Below are positions 56,638 to 64,000 of a stretch of DNA of 64,000 nucleotides, piece by piece. The position numbers and the translations under genes were made by a program. How positions within the stretch are numbered: the first letter of the stretch is position 1; every line of letters begins with the position of its first letter. The stretch is from Desulfobacterales bacterium. Its GTDB lineage: Bacteria > Desulfobacterota > Desulfobacteria > Desulfobacterales > UBA5852. The stretch spans positions 992,001 through 1,056,000 of the forward strand of contig CAXXVS010000001.1 in assembly GCA_963674755.2 (NCBI GenBank), in the 5' to 3' direction. A model generated the notes under the pieces. The model made no database searches. It worked only from the letters and a program-made list of their open reading frames with translations, and was not told where the DNA came from.

Positions 56638-58815
56638 ATGACGACGGACACCCCTTATATTACCGCAGATGTTGAAGACGGCATCGATCGCCTGATTCAA
56701 AAAGTCGGCCGGCGGATCGTTATGGCCCTGCCCATCGGGCTGGGGAAGCCCTGCCGGATCGTGAACGCCCTCTACCGCCGGGTGGCCGAAAACCCCGAGC
56801 TGCACCTGACCATCATGACCGGGCTTAACCTCGGGCGGCCCCGGCCTCACAACGACCTGGAAAGGCGTTTCATGGATCCCCTGATGGAACGCGTTTTCGG
56901 CGACTACCCGGAACTGGCCTACCTGGAACCCCTGGCCAAGGGCACGCTGCCGGATAATATCGAAATCCGGCAATTTTTTCTGACGCCCGGCAAGAGTCTG
57001 AACCATGCCGCCGAGCAACGCTCCTATATCAGCAGCAATTACACCCATGTGGTGCGGGACGTGATGGCCATGGGCGCCAATGCCTGCGCCCAGATGCTGT
57101 CCCGGGAGGAAATCGACGGCCAAACCGCCTACAGCCTGGGCTGCAACGCCGACCTTTCCCACGAACTGATCGCCCAATTGCGGGCCCGGGAGCGCCAGGG
57201 GCAGCCGGTGGCCATTTTAGCCGAAATCAACGCCAACCTGCCGTTCATGGTCAATGACGCGCTCCTGGCGCCCGCCGATCTGGACCTGGTGCTGGACCAT
57301 CCCTCCTGCACCTACACGCTGCCCGGTCCCCCCAACCTGGCCGTCGAGCGGGCGGACCACGTCATCGGCCTGCTGGCCAGCACCCTGATCCGGGATGGCG
57401 GCACCCTGCAGATCGGCATCGGCTCCCTGGGGGACGCCATTGCCTATGCCACACGGCTGCGGCATCGGGACAACGCCGCCTATCACGGGCTGTTGGCGGC
57501 TCTGGATATCGAAGAGAAGTTCGGGGAGGCCATCGCCGCCATGGGCGGGCTGGAGTCATTTGACAAAGGACTCTACGGCGCCAGCGAGATGTTCATCAAC
57601 GGATTCTGGGAGCTCTACCGCAGCGGTGTCCTGAAGCGGGCGGTCTATATGGATGCGACCCTCCAGCGGCTCCTGAACGAAGGGCGCCTTCAGCCCGCCT
57701 TCGGCCCGGATATTCTGGCGGTCCTCCTGGAGGCGGGAGCCATCTCTTCGCCGCTGAGCGAAGACAATGTGGCCTGGCTCAAGCAATTCGGTATCTTTCA
57801 CCCTGCGGTCGCTTACGACAACGGCATCCTGCGTGTGGCGCCCGACCTGCGGATGGATCCCGATGTCAGGACACCGGCCGCCCGGGACGCCATTGGCCGG
57901 CACTGTCTCGGGACCCGCCTGAAGGGGGGCATCGTCATGCACGGCGGGTTTTTCCTGGGACCCCACAGCTTCTACGACGCCCTGCGCCACATGGGGCGCG
58001 CCGAACGCGAGCAATTCTCCATGACCAGCGTCATGTTCGTCAATCAGCTCTACGCCCAGCCGACCCTGGCGGCCCTGCAGCGCATCGAGGCCCGCTTTTG
58101 CAACACCGGCATGATGGCCACCCTGGGTGGGGCGGTCTGCTCCGACGGGCTGGAGGACGGCCGTGTGGTCAGCGGGGTCGGCGGGCAGTATAACTTTGTG
58201 GCCATGGCCCACGAGCTGGCCGGAGCCCGTTCCATCCTGATGCTGCGCAGCACCCGCACCACCCGGGGCAAGGTCACATCGAACATTTTGCCCCGCTACG
58301 GCCACACCACCATCCCCCGCCATCTGCGGGACGTGGTGATCACCGAGTACGGGATTGCCGACCTGCGGGGGCGGACCGACCGGGAGGTTGTGGCCGCCAT
58401 GCTGAACATCGCTGACGCCCGTTTTCAGGAAGAGCTGCTGAAAAGCGCCACGGCCAGCGGCAAGCTGCCCAAAGATTACCGCATACCGGATGCCTTCCGG
58501 AGCAACCGGCCGGAACGCCTGGCCGACCAGCTGGCCGATGTCGAAAGGCAGGGGCTTCTGCCGGCCTTTCCCTTCGGGACCGACCTGACGGAGGTTGAGA
58601 TCGCCCTGGGCCGTGCGCTGCAGGGGCTCAAATCCAGGATGGGATCGGCGGGCGGTTTGGCCGGGGCCGCGATCCAGGCCCTGGAGGTGCGCACAGTGCC
58701 CGAGGCGGCCTCCCCCCACCTGGAGCGCATGGGACTGGCGGCCCCGGAAACCCTGGCGGAGAAAGTCGCCCAACGGATGATTGTTGCGCAGTTGATGGCC
58801 GAGGGGATTGTTTGA
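56638..58815 (+). CDS. Acetyl-CoA hydrolase/transferase family protein
   Basis: DGGTLQIGIG, SEM, SGVGGQYNF, VITEYGIADLRG. Confidence 0.88.
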   Translation: MTTDTPYITADVEDGIDRLIQKVGRRIVMALPIGLGKPCRIVNALYRRVAENPELHLTIMTGLNLGRPRPHNDLERRFMDPLMERVFGDYPELAYLEPLAKGTLPDNIEIRQFFLTPGKSLNHAAEQRSYISSNYTHVVRDVMAMGANACAQMLSREEIDGQTAYSLGCNADLSHELIAQLRARERQGQPVAILAEINANLPFMVNDALLAPADLDLVLDHPSCTYTLPGPPNLAVERADHVIGLLASTLIRDGGTLQIGIGSLGDAIAYATRLRHRDNAAYHGLLAALDIEEKFGEAIAAMGGLESFDKGLYGASEMFINGFWELYRSGVLKRAVYMDATLQRLLNEGRLQPAFGPDILAVLLEAGAISSPLSEDNVAWLKQFGIFHPAVAYDNGILRVAPDLRMDPDVRTPAARDAIGRHCLGTRLKGGIVMHGGFFLGPHSFYDALRHMGRAEREQFSMTSVMFVNQLYAQPTLAALQRIEARFCNTGMMATLGGAVCSDGLEDGRVVSGVGGQYNFVAMAHELAGARSILMLRSTRTTRGKVTSNILPRYGHTTIPRHLRDVVITEYGIADLRGRTDREVVAAMLNIADARFQEELLKSATASGKLPKDYRIPDAFRSNRPERLADQLADVERQGLLPAFPFGTDLTEVEIALGRALQGLKSRMGSAGGLAGAAIQALEVRTVPEAASPHLERMGLAAPETLAEKVAQRMIVAQLMAEGIV

Positions 58816-58905
58816 CCGCCGCCGATCGGCAACGACCGCACCTATTATGTCTCTTTTCACCTGGCAGTATGCGATATCCTTATTTAGGGCCTTACGGGGG
58901 GCGTC

Positions 58906-60114
58906 ATGTATGAGAATCTGGCGTTGATAGGGGCTTTTGTCTTTTTCTACAGTATCATGGGCGGTGGTATCGAACGCACGCCGGTCAATGGCGCGATCGT
59001 TTTTACGGGCTTCGGTCTCGTCTTCGGTCCATTAGGATTAAATGTGCTGACGCTGGAAGCGGATTTCCACGCGTTGAGCTTCCTGGCCGAAATGACCCTG
59101 GCCCTGGTGCTCTTTACGGATGCCGCCAATGCCAATCTGCGCGAATTGGAGCATTCCTTTCACATCCCCCAGCGGTTGTTGCTGATAGGCCTGCCGTTGA
59201 CCATCGTGCTGGGTGTCGGTGCCGGGGTTCTGCTTTTCGACGGATTGGGAATCCTGGAGATCGCCATCCTCGCAACCATGCTGGCGCCCACCGATGCGGC
59301 CCTGGGCAAAGCCGTGGTCACCGACGAATCGGTGCCCGCCAACATCCGCGAAGCCCTGAATGTGGAAAGCGGTCTCAATGACGGTATTTGTGTGCCGATC
59401 CTGTTTATCCTGCTGGCACTGGCCGAACGCACGGCAGGGGCGGGGGAGACGACCATGATGGCGCTGCGGCTGGTGACGGAGTCCATCGGCATCGGGGCGG
59501 CCATCGGTGTCGGGCTGACCGTTTGCGGGGTGGGTTTGCTCAAGATGTGTGCCGACCGCGGCTGGATCACCGAGACTTGGCGTCAGCTTCCGGTTCCCGC
59601 CCTGGCGGTGACGTGCTTTGCCGTGGCCCAATGGCTCGGCGGCAGTGGCTTCATTGCCTGTTTCGTAGGGGGCCTGCTCTTCGGCGGTCTTGAAAAGCAA
59701 CACAAACACAGACTGCTGCTGGCCGCCGAGGGCACCGGCGACACCCTGGCCCTGATTACCTGGGTGGTGTTCGGTGCGGTGGTGGTGGGCCAATCCATCG
59801 GTGCCTTCAATTGGAAGGTGGTGCTCTACGCGCTGCTCAGCCTTACAGCGGTACGCATGCTGCCGGTTTTCCTGGCGCTGGGCGGTATGGCGCTGCGGAC
59901 GGACGAAAAGCTCTTCATGGGCTGGTTCGGGCCCCGGGGGCTGGCCAGCATCGTATTCGCCGTGATCGTGATGAACGCCCATCTGCCCGGCGGTGCGACC
60001 ATGGCGATGACGGTGGTCTGCACCATTTTGTTGAGCATCATCGGTCACGGCCTCAGCGCTCATCCTCTGGTGGCCGTATTGGCAAGGAGGTTAAGGGGAC
60101 CCAAAACCGCTTGA
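58906..60114 (+). CDS. Cation:proton antiporter, CPA1/NhaP-like
   Basis: LAPTDAAL, VESGLNDG, WFGPRGLAS; multi-TM. Confidence 0.92.
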   Translation: MYENLALIGAFVFFYSIMGGGIERTPVNGAIVFTGFGLVFGPLGLNVLTLEADFHALSFLAEMTLALVLFTDAANANLRELEHSFHIPQRLLLIGLPLTIVLGVGAGVLLFDGLGILEIAILATMLAPTDAALGKAVVTDESVPANIREALNVESGLNDGICVPILFILLALAERTAGAGETTMMALRLVTESIGIGAAIGVGLTVCGVGLLKMCADRGWITETWRQLPVPALAVTCFAVAQWLGGSGFIACFVGGLLFGGLEKQHKHRLLLAAEGTGDTLALITWVVFGAVVVGQSIGAFNWKVVLYALLSLTAVRMLPVFLALGGMALRTDEKLFMGWFGPRGLASIVFAVIVMNAHLPGGATMAMTVVCTILLSIIGHGLSAHPLVAVLARRLRGPKTA

Positions 60115-60324
60115 CAGCCTAAATGTTAATACGTCCTTGTATTCTCTTCGGGTAGAAAGGCTCAATATGCCGACCGAATCGGACACTCCCACGCATCCAG
60201 GAAGACTACCCATGACCGATACCATCGAGACCCACGAACCGAAGGAACTGATACGGTCCGTTTTTTCGCCGACCCCGCCCCACCGCTAACCGGCCGCCGA
60301 CGCGCGGCCTCCCTGCAGCAAATA

Positions 60325-60358
60325 AAGGCCAACCTCTTCATTGAAGCGGTTGGCCCTT
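60325..60358. terminator. Hairpin between convergent genes
   Basis: AAGGCCAACC...GGTTGGCCCTT inverted repeat. Confidence 0.5.
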
Positions 60359-60408
60359 GGTGTCGTTGGCGGGAGATTGGCCGGACTTCCGCGGCGATCG
60401 CCGCTGCT

Positions 60409-61377
60409 TTACAAAGTGGGCTCGGTCACCGGCGTCCAGCTGTCGTCGGGATCGTAAGCCGTGATCCCTTCGGCCAGGGCGGGGGTCTTTTCCCCCAGAT
60501 CTTTCTGGTAGACGATGCCCCGCTGGTTGACCATGAAGGTCATGACGCCGGATTTGCCGTAGGCGGCCGGATAGGCCAGCAGCCCGAAACCGCGGGTCAG
60601 GCGGCCCTTGACGATGTAGGACAGGGCCCCTCCCGGGACGTGTGCGCCCTGGGCGGTCAGGATGCGATAGACGTATCCATGGTAGGGAATGGGTTTGTCC
60701 GATGAGGTTTTGAAATACCCTTCCTCCTCCGCCTTGGCCGCCAGAGGACCCAGAGGACTTTGCGGCTCGCCGGGCGCCACCGGCCAGTAAAGGCCGTCCC
60801 TTTGCCCCGCGCTGCTCTTGAAGTGCTGGGCGAACTGCCGACCCGATTGCCCGGTGGGGTTTTGGGCGGCGTATTCGAACTGGGCGTCTACGTAGGCCCG
60901 CATGGTGGCAATGGTGCGGAGTTCGTCGCGGCCGATGCGCAGATCCTCAACCACCTCCACGCCGGCGGGCGTGTCGAACCGCCAGCCGTCCCTCTCTTTG
61001 ACGATGGGGATGGGCAGGCGCCAATCTTTGGGACCGACGTCCATGTAGGCGACGTTGTCGTCGGCGTAAACGATGCGATGATGCGATCGCGCGGCCGCCA
61101 CGAAGTTTTTCCGATCAGCGGCATCGGCCACCGGGTCCCCCGATCCGAGCTGATCGGCGTCAGGCCCCAGCACGGCCTGGATGGCGTGCCGGTCCCCCGT
61201 CGCCAGGGCGTCGAGCAGGCCCTGGGCCGCCGCTTCGGGCGTGGCGTATGACTGCTGGAGAGTGTGCGCGGTTTCCGGTGCGACGGTTGGGCGGCCGGCA
61301 CTGCTGCAGGCCCACATGGCGGCCAATACCACCATCACCAGCCACCAATGCCATTTCTTAGTAAGGCTTGGGATCAT
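60409..61377 (-). CDS. DUF2950 family lipoprotein
   Basis: GGAGG SD; WA-C lipobox; WRLPIPIV, RIGRDEL, DGLYW, PYHGY, YPAAYG.SGVMTF. Confidence 0.85.
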   Translation of the reverse strand: MIPSLTKKWHWWLVMVVLAAMWACSSAGRPTVAPETAHTLQQSYATPEAAAQGLLDALATGDRHAIQAVLGPDADQLGSGDPVADAADRKNFVAAARSHHRIVYADDNVAYMDVGPKDWRLPIPIVKERDGWRFDTPAGVEVVEDLRIGRDELRTIATMRAYVDAQFEYAAQNPTGQSGRQFAQHFKSSAGQRDGLYWPVAPGEPQSPLGPLAAKAEEEGYFKTSSDKPIPYHGYVYRILTAQGAHVPGGALSYIVKGRLTRGFGLLAYPAAYGKSGVMTFMVNQRGIVYQKDLGEKTPALAEGITAYDPDDSWTPVTEPTL

Positions 61378-61422
61378 CAGGAAGTCCTCCCACAGGGATA
61401 TTCGATAGGTCATTTTCATGGC

Positions 61423-62574
61423 TCAACGCCTCCCGCCGCCGCCCCGAGAGAATCCACCGCGGCTCGCGGCCCCCCGATTGAGGGCCTGCCGGTCGAAGTT
61501 TTTATCGCCGATACTGAAGGCACTGGCGTTGCCGGAGGGCCGCTGCGACGGAAGTTGGAGGTCGCGGGTTGGCGACTTGGGGAGATCAAGGGTCTGGGGG
61601 CGTTGCACATTGCCGGTCGAAGGCCGCTGGATATTCCGCGAACCACTGCCGTCAAATCCCCGCTGGGTGTTCCGGTCGATGTACGTCTGAGGCTTGGCGC
61701 CCGTTCGGCGGCTGTCGTATTTTTGCTGGGTCGGTGCGTCCCGATAACGCACGCTGCCCCGGTTTTGGACATTGTGCTCCCACCTCTGAATGTTGGTATT
61801 GTTGATATTGACGCGATTGACGTTGATATTGACGTTCCCGGGGCGGTGGTAGATGTTATGACCATGCCAGTCGCAGCCGCCCCACAGGGCCGCGCCCACG
61901 GCCACGCCGACGCTGAACGAAATCACATTGGAGGCCACATAGCCGGGGGGGTACCAGTAGGCCGGGGGGCGGGTGTAGATGGGGTAGTACCAGATGGGCG
62001 GTGCCCAGTAGGTGCTGTAGACCACCGTGGGATTGTAGGCCGGCACATAGACCACCTGGGTGGCGGGTTCGATCTGGATGATCTTGTTCTCCACCACGAC
62101 TTTTTGTTGATCGTTGGTTTTCAGGTTGCCGGCCTCGTAGGCATAGTGGCGCAGGCGCTGCACCGCGTCCATGACCGCCTTCTGGTCGGCCAGGACCGCA
62201 TCGCCCAGATCTTGGGTCCATTCCAGGTTGCTGCTCATGCGGTCCAGGACGTCCGGGAAAAACACCAGGGACTGGACGCTGGGATCCCATTTCTCTTTTG
62301 CGACGGCCTGCTGGAGGGCATCCCCCTGCAAGCCCGGGTTTTTTTTCAGCCAGCGATCCGCCTCGACCACCTGGAGCGGATAGGTGGCGGCCATCATGAT
62401 CTGGGCCACCAAACCGTCCGTGTAAAGGGCAATGGGCGCCACCAGCTGTTCGAGCTTGTCTGCGGAGAAGGCCGGCGACGCATCTCCCGAAGCATCCTGG
62501 GCTGCGACCGGCGCTGCCAGCATGAGCAGGGCCGCCGTCAGCCCGCATAGCCATCGAATCGGTAAACCCTTCAT
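61423..62574 (-). CDS. DUF3300 family secreted protein with a low-complexity N/RGG tail (start uncertain)
   Basis: LEQLVAPIALY.D, WDPSVQSL, WTQDLGDA, VYVPAYNP; C-terminal RGGFSRGGGGRR. Confidence 0.85.
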   Translation of the reverse strand: MKGLPIRWLCGLTAALLMLAAPVAAQDASGDASPAFSADKLEQLVAPIALYTDGLVAQIMMAATYPLQVVEADRWLKKNPGLQGDALQQAVAKEKWDPSVQSLVFFPDVLDRMSSNLEWTQDLGDAVLADQKAVMDAVQRLRHYAYEAGNLKTNDQQKVVVENKIIQIEPATQVVYVPAYNPTVVYSTYWAPPIWYYPIYTRPPAYWYPPGYVASNVISFSVGVAVGAALWGGCDWHGHNIYHRPGNVNINVNRVNINNTNIQRWEHNVQNRGSVRYRDAPTQQKYDSRRTGAKPQTYIDRNTQRGFDGSGSRNIQRPSTGNVQRPQTLDLPKSPTRDLQLPSQRPSGNASAFSIGDKNFDRQALNRGAASRGGFSRGGGGRR

Positions 62575-62697
62575 TTTGGCCAGGGTTGGGCTGTTCGCTG
62601 CATCGTGGGCCCGTGTATTCCTAAGCATAGCGCCGGCGGGCGTGCTGGCGATTTCGTTTCCGGTGAAGGCGTTGACAATCCGTACGGCGATCTTCAT

Positions 62698-63999
62698 CTA
62701 AATACTCCAATCCATTAGGCTTGATTTATGTTCGCCAATTTTGACGACAACCAAGCTGATGTCGTCTTCCGGTTTGACGCCGTAGGTAAAACGCTGGAGG
62801 TCGTCATAGACGGCATCGACGATGGCGGACGCTTCCTTGGCAGCATGCTTCCGGATGACATTGCGCAAGCGCGGCATGCCGTAGCGGCTTCCGCGCCGAT
62901 CGAAGGCCTCCCAGATACCGTCCGTGCCGATGGCGATGATCTGCTCTCCGGTCGTTGCAGGTCCCCGATGGTAGGGGTACTGGTAGTCGGCTTCAACCCC
63001 CAGGGCCATGCCTGCGCCTTTGAGCTCCTCGAAGCGTTCCTGGCGCGGGGTGTAGAGAAGGGCCGGTGCGTGTCCGGCTCTGACCCATCCCAGTCGCGGG
63101 TCCCGGCGGTCCAGCTCCAGGCAGAAGAGGGTCATGAAGCGTCCCGTGTCGAGGACGTCCTGGGCCAGCTGCCGGTTCATGGCGTTGATGATGCCTGCGG
63201 CATCGTAGCCCCGGGAGGCTTCCAGTCGAAAGATGGCCCGCGCCGTCGTCATGAGAAGGGCGGCCTCGGCACCGTGTCCGGTTACATCACCCACCACGAT
63301 GCGGACATGCTCCTGGGGCCGGTGCGGGTCCACCCAGAAGTCGAAGTAGTCCCCCCCGATTTCATCGCAGCTGCGCGTCCGGCCAGCGATATCGAGTCCC
63401 TTGATCCTGGGATGGTGTTGCGGCTGAAGGCTTCGCTGAACCTCTCCGGCCAGCACCAGGGACCGTTTTTGCAGGGTCAAATCGCTGACAAAGTTCATGT
63501 AGCCGATGGGTGCCCCGTGGTCGTCTTCGAGGATATCTCCGTAAATGCGCACGGGGACTTTCCGGCCGGATTTCGATCGGAGGGTGCCCTCGATTTCTTT
63601 GTGGCGGGCGTAAAACAATTTGGACCGGTTGACGGACAAGAATTGCCCGAAGTCCTCGGCGGCAAAGTCCACGGAGGAGTGACCGATGACCTGGGACCGT
63701 TTATAGCCGATCATCCGGCAAAAGGCCTCGTTGGCATCGGTAATCGTCAGGTCCTTGTCCATCAACACGAAACCCTCACCGGTGGTGGCGATAATCCGTC
63801 GGTATTTCTCTTCGCTTTTGCGGACTTCCATCTCGGCGTGCAGCCGCTGCAGCTCCGCGGAGGCCCGGGCGGCGAAGATCTTGAACACTTCCAGCAGGTG
63901 GGGTTCCGGGGGCATGGGGCGCGTGTCGAACACCGCCAGATTGCCCATAACCTGCCCGGCCGCGTCCAGCAAGGGGACGCCCAGATAGCTGCGGGCCTG
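62698..63999 (-). CDS. GAF-PAS-SpoIIE (PP2C) phosphatase, 5' end outside window
   Basis: Frame is open to the window edge; IGGDYFD, GDVTGHG, RAGH, TDGIWE, EDDIS. Confidence 0.92.
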   Translation of the reverse strand, partial: QARSYLGVPLLDAAGQVMGNLAVFDTRPMPPEPHLLEVFKIFAARASAELQRLHAEMEVRKSEEKYRRIIATTGEGFVLMDKDLTITDANEAFCRMIGYKRSQVIGHSSVDFAAEDFGQFLSVNRSKLFYARHKEIEGTLRSKSGRKVPVRIYGDILEDDHGAPIGYMNFVSDLTLQKRSLVLAGEVQRSLQPQHHPRIKGLDIAGRTRSCDEIGGDYFDFWVDPHRPQEHVRIVVGDVTGHGAEAALLMTTARAIFRLEASRGYDAAGIINAMNRQLAQDVLDTGRFMTLFCLELDRRDPRLGWVRAGHAPALLYTPRQERFEELKGAGMALGVEADYQYPYHRGPATTGEQIIAIGTDGIWEAFDRRGSRYGMPRLRNVIRKHAAKEASAIVDAVYDDLQRFTYGVKPEDDISLVVVKIGEHKSSLMDWSI

Positions 64000-64000
64000 G

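Noticed and set aside
1..64000. CRISPR arrays, tRNA/rRNA, prophage, integrase/transposase genes, selenocysteine readthrough
   Set aside because: I saw no regularly spaced repeats, RNA-gene signatures, mobile-element ORFs, or in-frame TGA at a catalytic Cys position. Reading by eye could miss short RNAs.

Overview
This is a GC-rich, densely coding bacterial chromosomal window. Gene content points to an anaerobic fatty-acid-oxidising deltaproteobacterium, Desulfobacterales/Desulfosarcina-like (inference from gene content only). From left to right: (1) a partial MetF-like gene, a receiver protein, an AroE-like dehydrogenase and two histidine kinases; (2) a fatty-acid degradation regulon (TetR/FadR, acyl-CoA dehydrogenase, acyl-CoA ligase, FadF/EMO-type membrane Fe-S oxidoreductase, EtfBA) with three TGAATGAnTAnyCATTCA operators; (3) an accessory stretch with an L7Ae-like protein, an FGE-family protein, PanE, LysE, PaaI, a Cys-His-Asp lipoprotein, a TetR-SCP2-M24 cassette, a YcaQ-like glycosylase and an ArgA-like GNAT; (4) a TetR-SulP operon carrying a phosphorelay with no DNA-binding output; (5) a tightly coupled operon of methyltransferase, frameshifted class I isoprenoid-synthase-like gene, ABC exporter and dihaem cytochrome c; (6) a NYN RNase, a short IS200/IS605-end-like palindromic element, TrmB-like, QueG-like and CBS genes; (7) cls, an alpha/beta hydrolase and MlaA; (8) a cytochrome b, Rieske and octahaem cytochrome c/TPR operon; (9) SnoaL, CoA transferase, CPA1 antiporter, DUF2950/DUF3300 and a partial PP2C phosphatase. 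At least six broken or remnant genes are visible. I saw no rRNA, tRNA, CRISPR array, integrase or transposase. The best candidates for an undescribed system are the methyltransferase/isoprenoid-synthase/ABC/cytochrome operon, the SulP-linked phosphorelay and the Rieske/cytb-octahaem complex. All family calls come from motif recognition by eye, with no database search.
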